In this document: positions 12,714-21,870 of the stretch, one piece after another
Layout of the letters: each line of letters begins with the position of its first letter
Position numbering within the stretch: position 1 is the first letter of the stretch
DNA from: Candidatus Nanopelagicales bacterium
Lineage (GTDB): Bacteria; Actinomycetota; Actinomycetes; S36-B12; GCA-2699445
Length of the DNA stretch: 64,000 bases
Reading direction: 5' to 3'
Assembly (NCBI GenBank): GCA_046330625.1
Contig: JAXLSJ010000007.1
Span: 50,362 to 114,361, forward strand
Position numbers and translations under genes: made by a program
Notes under the pieces: model-generated
Database searches by the model: none
Seen by the model: only the letters and a program-made list of their open reading frames with translations
Told to the model about the DNA's origin: nothing

Positions 12714-12799
12714 CGGGTCGACGGAGTCCCAGAATCGGTCACTCCATGTCGCCGTGTGAACTACGCTTCAGGCCACGGAGCGGGGGCATGGAGGCATAC

Positions 12800-12940
12800 A
12801 TGGTCGACGCTGGTCATCGGGGCTGGGTGACGCCCCAATTGGTGGCGCTGGGCACGTCCCATCATTCACGCAATGCCTCAGCTCCGGGTGACTCCGTCGA
12901 CAGCACCTACAGCGAGGTCCCACAGGGCTACGTGTCCTGA
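12800..12940 (+). CDS. putative RiPP (lasso-like) precursor peptide, locus 1
   Basis: MVDAGHRGWVTPQLVALGTSHHSRNASAPGDSVDSTYSEVPQGYVS. GGAGG 5 nt upstream of ATG 12800; in-frame alternative starts at 12788 and 12746. Stop lies 8 nt before the AsnB-like gene. WVTPQLVALG fits the YxxPxLxxxG lasso leader pattern (W for Y). Confidence 0.4.
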   Translation: MVDAGHRGWVTPQLVALGTSHHSRNASAPGDSVDSTYSEVPQGYVS

Positions 12941-12948
12941 CATCGACC

Positions 12949-14703
12949 GTGGTGTTCGAATCCGTCACCATTCGCTGGCGCGCCGAGCGTCGCCTCGAGA
13001 TCATCAAGTTCCCTGGCGACAGATCCGACAGCCGACCGACCGACGGCGGCGTGGCCACGGGCGCCATCACGGAAGCCGAAGGCAACGTTGTCGTCGAGCA
13101 CTTATCGCACCATGATCATCCCGACGCAAACCTGCCCGACACCCCTTGGCTGGCGGTTGCGCAACGTGGGCACGGTGTCCTGGCTGCCGCCTGCTCGACG
13201 CTTCTGCCCAGTGGGATCTTCTGGGCCGCGACAGCGCATGGACTGCTGATCGCATCCGACCCCGGCGCGATCGTGACCCGCCTCCCCTCGCCACCCGCAC
13301 TGTCCGACGACTACCTGCGTGACTACCTGCTCAACGACTGCCCACCCGAGGCCACGCCCTATGAGGGGGTCCAACGGATCCCCGCGGGTCACACCGCAGT
13401 CTGGAACGATCCTTTCCGATCGCCGCAGCTCCACCCGTGGGTGGGGCCGGATCACTGGGACACCCCGCACCTCATGGGTCCGACCGCGGTCGAGGAGTAC
13501 CGTCGCGCCTTCGACCGGGCGGTCGCGACCCTCGGAAGCCGGACCTGACCTTTGATCACCCAGGTGTCCGGCGGGCTGGACTCGACCTTCGTGGCGGCAA
13601 CCCTCGCACGACAGACCACGCCCGACCGCCCCGTCATCGGACTGATCCATGTGCCGCTGGCCGAGGCCCAGCTGCAACCTCGGGGCGGCATGGACCCCGA
13701 CGAGTCTCACCTGGCACATACCCTCGCCGCCGCCTACCCGGGTCGGCTGGTGGTGCGGGAGGTGCGTAACGAGGAACTGATCTCACCGCTCGATGCGTCA
13801 GCCGAGATGTCCACCCGGTCGTGGCTCCCGGTCTTCAACCCGGCCAACCAATCCTGGATGACCGCCATGAACCGCATCGCCGCCCACGAAGGCGCCGAGT
13901 TGCTGTTCGCCGGTGGGAACGGAAATGCCGCCTTCAGCCATGACCATCCCTATGCCGCCCGTTACTACCTGTCCCGCGGGCGGTTGCCCACCTTGTTGTC
14001 GTTGGGCACGGTCGATGGTTCGCCGTCGATGTCGAGACTTCGGGGTCGGGTGTTGTCACCCCTACTGCCGCGGACCCCCCAGCCCCCGACCAGCGCCCAT
14101 CTGGGGCTGCCGCCGACTCCGCCACCCCGGCACGAGCACCCCCGAATCCACTACCTGCGCTGGCTCGCCCGCGCGAACAGCGGTTTGATGGCAGCGCAGA
14201 ATCCGGCCGCCACCGAAGGAATCCTCAAGGCCGACCCGTTTCTCGCCCGGGCTGTGTTGGACGTGGCGGCGGCGATCGAACCTGCGGAGTGGCAGCGCGG
14301 CGGTGGTTCCCGGAGTTTCGCGCGGCGCCTCGGCCTCGGCCGGGTTCCCGACGACATCAGGCTCCGGAAGCGACGCGGCGCGCAGGGCTGGGACGCCTGG
14401 TATGTGGTGCGCAACGACCGGGACCGGTACCTGGCCGAGATCGACCTGCTGCGCGACACCCCAGCCCTCGGCGGCTGGGTGGACGATCGGCGGCTCGCTG
14501 CGACCGTTGCGGCCTGGCCGTGGGGGGCAACTCACGGGCCGGGTCCGGGAGAACTCCACACCGTCCATCGTCTGCTGGCTCTGGCGGCGTTCGCCCGCGA
14601 TACGACTCGGCGGCTTGCGACGCTGACTTCCCAGCCCGTGGCGGAGTCGGGGGTGATAGCTTCTCGTCAGGTCGGCTCACTCGCCGGCCGCCGACGGGGG
14701 TGA
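12949..14703 (+). pseudogene. asparagine-synthetase-like / lasso-cyclase-like enzyme interrupted by an in-frame TGA
   Basis: Track ORFs 12949..13548 and 13552..14703 are in the same frame, separated only by TGA 13546..13548 (…ATLGSRT*PLITQVSGGLDSTFVAA…). SGGLDS is the AsnB-type PP-loop. The C-terminal region (DPFLARAVLDVAAAI...RKRRGAQGWD) is AsnB/lasso-cyclase-like. No N-terminal Cys2 glutaminase nucleophile. Confidence 0.65.
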
Positions 14704-14707
14704 TTAC

Positions 14708-15370
14708 GTGCGTCTGCCATTCCTCAAAGTGGCAACGGCGGGCAGGACCCCAGCCAGGTCGCTGATCCTGCTGCCCATGGCAGCCACAATGTGCCTGTCC
14801 ATCGCCGCGTGTGGCGGAACCACACCGGTCGAGGGGACGTCAGCCACCGGCGCCGCATTCGTGGAGGCGCTGTCCACTTCCGTCGACTACGAAGCCAGCG
14901 ACTCCGTCACGGAACTTGTACACCAGGTCGAACCTGAGCAGGCCGTGACCGGCCAGATCATCTCCGTGTCACCGGGCTACGACCACGAGAGCCTGGACCT
15001 CCGCACCGCAGTGATCGCCGTCGACACAGACGACGGCCGCCGTCTCTTCGTCGACATACTCGGCCCTCAGACCCCCGACGGCTTCTCTACCGCCCAGGCG
15101 GCCCTCCCGGTGCGGGCCACCATTCTGGTGCGGGAACCTACCAGGGAAGAACGGGCGGACATGACCCCCGTCACGGGCACGCCAGATCGCCTCGACGGAG
15201 TCGCCTGGGCCCCCCAGAGCATCTTCGTCGACACCACGACCGATGACGGCAAGACCGTGGTCCAGCAACTACCCGACGGGAGCCTTCCCGAGTTGAGCGG
15301 CATCCCCGTCACGGACGTGACCGATGTGGCCGAGGCCGTCAATCGGGAGATCGCCTCTTCCCAGGGGTAG
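14708..15370 (+). CDS. putative lipoprotein
   Basis: GTG start. Lipobox-like MCLSIAAC followed by GGTTPVEG. Acidic soluble domain, no family recognised. Confidence 0.5.
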   Translation: MRLPFLKVATAGRTPARSLILLPMAATMCLSIAACGGTTPVEGTSATGAAFVEALSTSVDYEASDSVTELVHQVEPEQAVTGQIISVSPGYDHESLDLRTAVIAVDTDDGRRLFVDILGPQTPDGFSTAQAALPVRATILVREPTREERADMTPVTGTPDRLDGVAWAPQSIFVDTTTDDGKTVVQQLPDGSLPELSGIPVTDVTDVAEAVNREIASSQG

Positions 15371-15383
15371 CGCGCCGAGGCCT

Positions 15384-16880
15384 TCAGGAGCCTGGAGCCC
15401 GCTCGGCCGCCCGGGCGATCCGCGCCAGCGACGACTCGCGTCCTAGCATCTCGAGGGACTCGAACAACGGCGGCGAGATCCGCCGCCCGGTGACGGCCAG
15501 GCGCACCGGACCGAAGGCCAACTTCGGCTTCAGTCCCAGGCCTTCGACCAGCGCCGCCCGCAGGGCCGCCTCGATCTGCGGCGTCGTCCACTCCGGAACT
15601 GCCGCCAGTGCTTCCGCCGCAGCCGCCAACGTGGCGCCACTGCCTTCGGTGAGGATCTTTCCGGCGTCCACCGGGTCGAGGGTCAACTCGTCATCACTGA
15701 CGAACAGGAACCCGATCATCGGGGCCGCCTGATCGAGCGTGTCCATCCGCTCATGGATCAACGGCATCACCGCGTCGATGGTCGCCTTGTCCTCGGCGCT
15801 CGGCGGATCGGAGACCAGCCCTTCGGCGGCCAGATACGGCACCAGTCGGCGACCGATCTCGTCGGCGGGCAGGAACCGGATCCAGTCGCCGTTGATCGCC
15901 CGGCACTTCTTCAGGTCGAACCGGGCGGGGTTGGGATTCACCCGGGCGATGTCGAAGTGCTCGGCCATCTCGGCCTTGCCGAAGAACTCCCGGTCATCGC
16001 CGATCGACCAGCCCAGCAGGGCCAGATAGTTGGCGAGTCCTTCGGGCAGGTAGCCGGTCTCGCGGTACAGGTTGAGCGACGACTCCGGGTCGCGCTTGGA
16101 CAGCTTCTTGTTGCCCTCGCCCATCACATACGGCAGGTGCCCGAACTGCGGAGTCGGCCGATCGGTGACCCCGACGGCCCGCATCGCGTCGTACAACGCC
16201 AGCTGCCGTGGGGTGGAGGACAGCAGGTCCTCGCCGCGCAGCACGTGGGTGATGTGCATCAGCGCGTCGTCGACCGGGTTCACCAGCGTGTAGAGGGGTT
16301 CACCGTTGCCCCGGACGAGGACGTAGTCGGGCACGTGTTCCGCGCCGACGTGCATCTCGCCGCGCACGAGGTCGGTCCAGGTGAAGTCCGTGCCGGGCAT
16401 GCGGAACCGCAGCGCCGGCTTGCGCCCTTCGGCCTCGAACGCGTCGCGTTGAGCATCGGTGAGGTCGCGGCAGTGACCGTCGTACCCGGGCGTGCGGCCG
16501 GCGGCCAGCGCGGCCTCGCGCCGTTCCGCGAGTTCCTTAGGCGTGCAGTAGCAGGGATAGGCGTAGCCGGCGTCGCGCAGCCGGCGAGCCACATCCTCGT
16601 AGCGTTCGAGCCGCTGCGACTGCCGGTAGGGCGCGTATGGCCCGCCGACCTCGGGGCCCTCGTCCCAGTCCAGCCCGAGCCACCGCATGGCGTCGAGCAG
16701 ATCGGTGTAGGACTGCTCGCTGTCGCGGGCGGAGTCGGTGTCCTCGATCCGGAACACGAACGTCCCGCCTGTGTGGCGGGCGAAGGCCCAGTTGAACAGC
16801 GCGGTGCGGATCATGCCGACATGCGGGTTTCCGGTGGGCGACGGGCAGAACCGCACGCGCACCTCGTCGGTCTGGGTCAC
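15384..16880 (-). CDS. gltX: glutamate--tRNA ligase
   Basis: [30 protein letters not shown] (HIGH-type motif) and KLSKRD (KMSKS-type motif). Confidence 0.95.
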   Translation of the reverse strand: MTQTDEVRVRFCPSPTGNPHVGMIRTALFNWAFARHTGGTFVFRIEDTDSARDSEQSYTDLLDAMRWLGLDWDEGPEVGGPYAPYRQSQRLERYEDVARRLRDAGYAYPCYCTPKELAERREAALAAGRTPGYDGHCRDLTDAQRDAFEAEGRKPALRFRMPGTDFTWTDLVRGEMHVGAEHVPDYVLVRGNGEPLYTLVNPVDDALMHITHVLRGEDLLSSTPRQLALYDAMRAVGVTDRPTPQFGHLPYVMGEGNKKLSKRDPESSLNLYRETGYLPEGLANYLALLGWSIGDDREFFGKAEMAEHFDIARVNPNPARFDLKKCRAINGDWIRFLPADEIGRRLVPYLAAEGLVSDPPSAEDKATIDAVMPLIHERMDTLDQAAPMIGFLFVSDDELTLDPVDAGKILTEGSGATLAAAAEALAAVPEWTTPQIEAALRAALVEGLGLKPKLAFGPVRLAVTGRRISPPLFESLEMLGRESSLARIARAAERAPGS

Positions 16881-17653
16881 GACAGTGCCACCTCGTTGTC
16901 CAGGGAACCGATCCCGTCGATCGTCACCTTCACATGATCGCCGTCGCTCAGGGGCCCGACACCCGCGGGGGTCCCGGTGAGGAGCACGTCCCCGGGCAGC
17001 ATCGTCATCACCGAGGTGACGTGGGCGATGAGCGCCCCGATCCCGTAGATCATGTCGCTGATCGGTGCGCTCTGGCGCACCTCACCGTTGACGGTGCACT
17101 GAACGACCGCGTCGGGCCCGGGGGCGTCGGTCTCGATCCAGGGACCGAGCGGACAGAAGGTGTCGAACCCCTTGGCCCGGGTCCACTGACCGTCGCGGGC
17201 CTGCAGGTCCCGGGCGGTGACATCGTTGGCGCAGGTGTAACCCAGGATGACGTCGGCGGCATCCTCCGCTGCGACGTCCCGGCACAGGCGGCCGAACACG
17301 ACGGCCAGTTCGGCCTCGAAGTCCACCCGCTGCGACTGTTCCGGGAGTCGGATCGTCGCACCCGGACCCACGACCGCGGTGTTGGGTTTGAGGAACATGA
17401 GCGGCTCCGACGGCGTCACGGCGTCGAACTCGGCCACGTGGTCGGCGTAGTTCTTGCCGATCGCGACGATCTTCGACGGGAGCACCGGCGGCAGCATCCG
17501 CAGCCCGGCCAGCGGCACCGAGCCGTCCAGGACCTCGAGGTCCCCGAAGGGATGGCCGCGCAACGGCCGTACCGACTGCGGTTCGGTCAGGCCGTCGCCT
17601 TCGACCACCCCGAAGGCCATCGTGTCGTTCAACGAGAATCGGGCGATGCGCAC
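16877..17653 (-). CDS. fumarylacetoacetate hydrolase (FAH) family protein
   Basis: [16 protein letters not shown]..., [28 protein letters not shown]. Stop overlaps the gltX start. Confidence 0.85.
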   Translation of the reverse strand: MRIARFSLNDTMAFGVVEGDGLTEPQSVRPLRGHPFGDLEVLDGSVPLAGLRMLPPVLPSKIVAIGKNYADHVAEFDAVTPSEPLMFLKPNTAVVGPGATIRLPEQSQRVDFEAELAVVFGRLCRDVAAEDAADVILGYTCANDVTARDLQARDGQWTRAKGFDTFCPLGPWIETDAPGPDAVVQCTVNGEVRQSAPISDMIYGIGALIAHVTSVMTMLPGDVLLTGTPAGVGPLSDGDHVKVTIDGIGSLDNEVALS

Positions 17654-17680
17654 GGCTCAGGATATCGGTCGCGGACCGGC

Positions 17681-18610
17681 TCAGTCGTCGGTCACCGGCG
17701 CCTCGGCCACCGCCTCGACGCCGCGGCCGGACAACTGCGGCCACTGGGTGAGCAGCACCCCGGCGATGACCACTACCCCGCCCACGAGTTCGTTCCACCG
17801 GAGGTGTTCGTGCAGCAGCACGACGCCGACCGTGGTCGAGACCAGGGGGACCACGTAGGTCACGGTGGCCGCGACCGTGGCGCCCGCCTCACGCAGCACC
17901 TGCCAGAACATGGCCATGGCCACCCCGGTCCCGAGGATGCCGAGGCCGAGCACCGAGATCGCCGCCGTTGCCGACATCGGTCCCGGCGGGTCGCCGGGAT
18001 CCACGATCAGAAGGAGCGACAGCAGCACCGTCCCGCTCAGCAACTGCATCCCGGTCAGTTGGGAACCCACCAGGTTCGACGTTGTGAGAGCCACCCTGGC
18101 GAATGCGGTCCCGAACCCGTAGCAGACGGTGGCGACGATCATCGCCGCCACACCCGCCGGGTCCACCCCCGCCGTCGACAACTGCCACACCCCGATCAGG
18201 ACGACCATTCCGACGAACCCGATCAACAGCCCGCCGACCTGCATCCGGTCCGGTCGTTCCCTCGGGATGAACCACGACACGAACAGGGCGGCGAACAGCG
18301 GCGTCGCGGCGTTCAGCAACCCGGCGAGCACCGACGTGATCCGCGTCTCGGCGAACGCGATGCACGTGAACGGCAGCGCTAGGCCGACCGTGCCGAGCAC
18401 GATGATTCGCCACCACTCCCCCGACGTCGGCCGGGGCCACCGCCCACTGGCCACCAGGAACAGGCAGATCGTGAGCGCCCCCAACGCCATCCGGGCGGCG
18501 GTGACCTGCAGTGGGGTGAGCGCCGTCAGGCCTTGCTTGACGAACGCGAAACTGAACCCCCAGATGGCGGCCAGGATGACGTAGTTGATCAGCCAGGAAC
18601 GACTGACCAC
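17681..18610 (-). CDS. DMT (EamA) family transporter
   Basis: About 10 TM segments in two EamA-like halves; N-terminus INYVILAAIWGFSFAFVKQGL. Confidence 0.8.
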   Translation of the reverse strand: MVSRSWLINYVILAAIWGFSFAFVKQGLTALTPLQVTAARMALGALTICLFLVASGRWPRPTSGEWWRIIVLGTVGLALPFTCIAFAETRITSVLAGLLNAATPLFAALFVSWFIPRERPDRMQVGGLLIGFVGMVVLIGVWQLSTAGVDPAGVAAMIVATVCYGFGTAFARVALTTSNLVGSQLTGMQLLSGTVLLSLLLIVDPGDPPGPMSATAAISVLGLGILGTGVAMAMFWQVLREAGATVAATVTYVVPLVSTTVGVVLLHEHLRWNELVGGVVVIAGVLLTQWPQLSGRGVEAVAEAPVTDD

Positions 18611-20209
18611 TCAGTCGTCCACGTGCAGGAACGAGTAGCGCAGGGCGTCGTCGAGAGCCAGCCACGACGCCTCGATGACGTTCTCGTGCACTCCCACGGT
18701 CTGCCATTCGTCGACACCGTCAGACGTGCTGACCAGCACGCGGGTGACCGCATCGGTGCCCTTGACCCCTTCGAGGATGCGCACCTTGTAGTCGATGAGA
18801 TCGAGTCGCTCCAACTCGGGGTGAGCCCCGAGCAACGCCTGCCGCAGCGCCCGGTCCAGTGCGTTCACCGGACCGTTGCCCTCGGCGGTCGAGATCACCC
18901 GCTCACCCTCGACCACGACCTTGACCGTGGCCTCGCTGACGACGGTCCCATCGGCCTGACGTTCCACAAGGGTGCGCCACGACTCCAACTCGTACACCGT
19001 GGGCGGCAGCGCCCCGGTTTCGCCCCGCACCATGAGTTCGAACGACGCGTCGGCGGCCTCGAAGGACCATCCCTGGGCCTCGAGGTCCTTGACCCGGTTG
19101 GTCACGCGAGCCACGGAGTCGGGGTCGGTCGACAGGTCCAGGCCGAGTTCCCGGCTCTTCATCTCGATGGACGCACGTCCCGCCATCTCGGTCACCAGCA
19201 CCCGCATGTCGTTGCCCACCACAGCCGGGTCGATGTGGTTGTAGAGGTCGGCGGACACCTTCAGCGCACTGGCATGCAGCCCGGCCTTGTGGGCGAACGA
19301 CGAGATGCCGGCGTACGGCTGGTGCGTGTCAGGGGGCAGATTCGCGATCTCGGCGATGGCGTGCGAGACGCGCACAGTCTCGGCCAGCGAGCCGGGGGGC
19401 AGCACCTGCAAACCCATCTTGAGTTCCAGGTTGGCGACCACCGCGAAGATGTCGGCGTTGCCGGTCCGTTCGCCGTAGCCGTTGGCCGTCCCCTGGACGT
19501 GGGTGACGCCGGCCTCGACCGCGGCCAGGGTGTTCGCCACCGCGCACCCGGTGTCGTCCTGGCAGTGGATCCCGAGTCGCACCCCGCTGCGTTCCTTGAC
19601 GTCGGCCACCACCCGCGCGATCCCGCTGGGGAGCATGCCGCCGTTGGTGTCGCACAGGACTCCCACACTGGCGCCGGCCTCGGCAGCGGCGACCAGCAGC
19701 CGCACTCCGTAGTCGGGGTTGTGGTCGTAGCCGTCGAAGAAGTGCTCGCAGTCCACAAAGACGCGGCGACCTTCGCCGACCAGGAACGCCACGGTGTCGG
19801 TGACCATCGAGATGTTCTCGTCCAACGTGGTGCGCAACGCCTGCTCCACGTGGCGGACGTCGGACTTGGCGACCAGCGTGACGACCGGAGCCTCGGACGC
19901 CAGCAGCGCCAGGACCTGTTGGTCCTGCTCGACGGCCCGGCCGGCGTGGCGGGTCGCCCCGAAAGCCACGAGTTGCGCGTTGCGGAGTTTCAGGTCGGAG
20001 CGGGCCTGGGCGAAGAACTCCGTGTCCTTGGGCATCGCGCCGGGCCAGCCGCCCTCGATGAAGCCCACCCCGTAGTCATCGAGCAAGCGCGCGACCGCCA
20101 ACTTGTCGGCCACCGAGTAGGAAATGCCTTCGCGCTGGGCGCCGTCGCGCAACGTCGTGTCGAACACGTGGAACGTGTCGTTGGGCCATTCACCCGGCTG
20201 CGTACTCAT
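18611..20209 (-). CDS. cimA: citramalate synthase (LeuA/CimA family, short form)
   Basis: Internal ATG 20209 gives MSTQPGEWPNDTFHVFDTTLRDGAQREGISYSVADKLAVARLLDDYGVGFIEGGWPGA... About 530 aa with a C-terminal LeuA-dimer-like regulatory domain. Confidence 0.8.
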   Translation of the reverse strand: MSTQPGEWPNDTFHVFDTTLRDGAQREGISYSVADKLAVARLLDDYGVGFIEGGWPGAMPKDTEFFAQARSDLKLRNAQLVAFGATRHAGRAVEQDQQVLALLASEAPVVTLVAKSDVRHVEQALRTTLDENISMVTDTVAFLVGEGRRVFVDCEHFFDGYDHNPDYGVRLLVAAAEAGASVGVLCDTNGGMLPSGIARVVADVKERSGVRLGIHCQDDTGCAVANTLAAVEAGVTHVQGTANGYGERTGNADIFAVVANLELKMGLQVLPPGSLAETVRVSHAIAEIANLPPDTHQPYAGISSFAHKAGLHASALKVSADLYNHIDPAVVGNDMRVLVTEMAGRASIEMKSRELGLDLSTDPDSVARVTNRVKDLEAQGWSFEAADASFELMVRGETGALPPTVYELESWRTLVERQADGTVVSEATVKVVVEGERVISTAEGNGPVNALDRALRQALLGAHPELERLDLIDYKVRILEGVKGTDAVTRVLVSTSDGVDEWQTVGVHENVIEASWLALDDALRYSFLHVDD

Positions 20210-20241
20210 GATCGTCCTTCCCTGACTGCGTCGGTCCAACG

Positions 20242-20272
20242 AAAAACCCCCTCGCCCACGGGCGGAGGGGGT
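20242..20272 (-). terminator. rho-independent terminator / attenuator between the rSAM gene and cimA
   Basis: Minus strand CCCCCTCCGCC-CGTG-GGCGAGGGGG followed by TTTTT. Immediately preceded by a second hairpin GCGCGACAGC-ACCC-GCTGTCGCGC (20275..20298). Confidence 0.6.
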
Positions 20273-20298
20273 TCGCGCGACAGCGGGTGCTGTCGCGC

Positions 20299-20337
20299 CT
20301 AGCCGATAATGACGACGCCGGTCTCGGTGTGTCTCAC
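20299..20337 (-). CDS. candidate Val/Ile-rich leader peptide of cimA (MRHTETGVVIIG)
   Basis: GTG AGA CAC ACC GAG ACC GGC GTC GTC ATT ATC GGC TAG, with the stop directly abutting the two hairpins and U-tract. No obvious SD. Confidence 0.3.
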   Translation of the reverse strand: MRHTETGVVIIG

Positions 20338-20379
20338 CCGATCATGGTGACACCGCGCCGCACGCGGCGCAAACGCCCG

Positions 20380-21573
20380 TCACACCCCCGCCGCCACCAA
20401 CTCCGCGACATCATCCTCACGTCCGAACGACCCGGGCTCGTAGGAGCAGAGCGGATCGTCGGCGAACACGTCGTGACTGTCGCCGAACGCCCGGGGTCGG
20501 GAGCCGCCGCACACGGCCCGGAACTCGCACGACCCGCACCGACTGTGGGGGGCGTCCGGGTCCCGCAGCGACCGGAACAACTCCGAGTCGCGATAGATCG
20601 CGGCGAGCGAGTCGTCACCCACGTTGCCCGCCGACACCGGCAGGAACCCGCTGGGGTAGACGTCGCCGGTGTGGGACACGAACACGAACCCCCGGGCCGC
20701 GCTCACGCGCAACGGCGGTCGGCGCATGTGATCACGCTGTCGGCGCGGGGACAGCAGCGTGAGGCGACGGCTGAGCATCTGGTAATCGGTGCCGAGTCCC
20801 AGCTCGGCCACGGGGTCGAGGCCCTCGCGTTCGCACAGCACCCGCTGGATGCACACCCGGCGGAAGGACGGTGCCTCCGTGGTCTTCAAGGACACGATCT
20901 TGTCCGCGTCGTAGCAGAAGTGCAGGACGTCCTCGGCCTGCTGCGACGTCAGCTGCGCCAGATCGGCGCCCCGGCCTGTGGGAACCAGGAAGAACACCGA
21001 CCACGTCATGGCCCCGAGCCGGTCGACGGTGTTCACGATGTCGGGCAGCTGCTGCAGGTTCGCCGGGGTCACCGTGGTGTTGATCTGGACCTTCAAACCC
21101 AGGTCCCGCGCCGTGCGCCACCCGGCCATCGTGCGGCGGTGGCTGCCGCAGACACCCCGGAAGTCGTCGTGAGTCGCCGGGTCGGACCCGTCCAGGCTGA
21201 GCGATATGGCGTGGCAGCCCGCCTCACGCAGCCGGGTGAGGTTACGCCGGTCGAGGGCCTCGGTGCCCGACGGCGACACCGCCACGGGGAGGCCGATCTC
21301 GGCCCCGTACGCGACGAGCTCGAACAGGTCGGGTCGTTCGAAGGGATCGCCCCCGGTGATCACGAAGAACGGTGGCGGCGAGCCGAAGGCCAGCACCTGG
21401 TCCATGAGTCGCCGAGCCGCTGCACCGTCGAGTTCGGCCGGGTCGCGGTCCGGGACAGCGTGCGCCCGGCAGTGGCGGCACGCCAACTGACAGGCCCGCG
21501 TGGCCTCCCAGATGACGATGAACGGCCGCTGGGTCAGATCCAGATGGCTGCGCCGCAGCGCCCGGGCAGCCAT
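20380..21573 (-). CDS. radical SAM / SPASM domain protein
   Basis: CxxxCxxC cluster in WEATRACQLACRHCRA. C-terminal Cys-rich SPASM-like region (RCGSCEFRAVCGGSRPRAF...DPLCSY). N-terminus resembles AhbD/NirJ/PqqE-like maturases. Confidence 0.85.
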   Translation of the reverse strand: MAARALRRSHLDLTQRPFIVIWEATRACQLACRHCRAHAVPDRDPAELDGAAARRLMDQVLAFGSPPPFFVITGGDPFERPDLFELVAYGAEIGLPVAVSPSGTEALDRRNLTRLREAGCHAISLSLDGSDPATHDDFRGVCGSHRRTMAGWRTARDLGLKVQINTTVTPANLQQLPDIVNTVDRLGAMTWSVFFLVPTGRGADLAQLTSQQAEDVLHFCYDADKIVSLKTTEAPSFRRVCIQRVLCEREGLDPVAELGLGTDYQMLSRRLTLLSPRRQRDHMRRPPLRVSAARGFVFVSHTGDVYPSGFLPVSAGNVGDDSLAAIYRDSELFRSLRDPDAPHSRCGSCEFRAVCGGSRPRAFGDSHDVFADDPLCSYEPGSFGREDDVAELVAAGV

Positions 21574-21576
21574 GGT

Positions 21577-21870
21577 TCAGGCACGCACCAGCCGCAACCG
21601 CCATTCGTCGGGGCCGCGCTGCAGGTACTCCACCGCGAGTGCCCCGTCATAGCGGTCATGGGCCTGGGCGAGCAGGGGTTTCGGATCGTGGGGCGCCACC
21701 AGCACCAGCGCCGAACCGGGGGCGATGCTGTCCAGCGCCCCGAAGACGGCGCCGTGGCGCACGGCATGCGGGATCACCCGAGCATCGAAGACGGGATCGG
21801 CGGGCTCAGCCCCGCAGTTGCAGGAACAGCCGCCATTGGCCGCAGCGGCCAGAGGGAGATCAGGAGTCAT
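21577..21870 (-). CDS. DUF2249 domain protein with Cys-rich N-terminus
   Basis: Internal ATG 21870 gives MTPDLPLAAAANGGCSCNCGAEPADPVFDARVIPHAVRHGAVFGALDSIAPGSALVLVAPHDPKPLLAQ...GPDEWRLRLVRA (DUF2249-like HDPxPL, GPDxW). The 95-codon upstream extension of track ORF 21577..22155 overlaps the AsnB-like gene and was rejected. Confidence 0.7.
   Translation of the reverse strand: MTPDLPLAAAANGGCSCNCGAEPADPVFDARVIPHAVRHGAVFGALDSIAPGSALVLVAPHDPKPLLAQAHDRYDGALAVEYLQRGPDEWRLRLVRA

Larger units (their letters stand above)
9581..12738 (+). repeat. tandem duplication (about 1.58 kb unit) of a BNR-propeller gene plus its upstream region
   Basis: GGGACCAAGGCGACACATCGGGTCAAAC occurs at 9581 and again at 11160. 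Both copies continue through a TTGACTCCG(C/T)AGCGT...TTCACTGA(T/A)TG upstream element, a GGAGG SD, the same signal peptide and a colinear paralogous CDS. Confidence 0.85.

Noticed and set aside
13546-13548. TGA as a selenocysteine or other programmed recoding site in the AsnB-like gene
   Set aside because: I cannot find a convincing SECIS-like stem-loop immediately downstream; only a 4-bp GTCC/GGAC pairing is present. The aligned position in the intact paralog is an ordinary Ala/Gly-rich linker, not a catalytic residue. A nonsense mutation or base-call error is the simpler explanation.
14708-15370. The lipoprotein downstream of locus 1 as the missing lasso leader peptidase or RRE
   Set aside because: It has a lipobox and is predicted to be extracytoplasmic. 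It has no Cys-His-Asp transglutaminase-like pattern and no PqqD-like winged-helix signature. The apparent fit is probably just adjacency.
8773-15383. Integrated mobile element or prophage at the tRNA genes
   Set aside because: I found no integrase, recombinase, transposase or phage-like gene, and no direct repeat of the tRNA 3' end. The region is reported only as an accessory islet.
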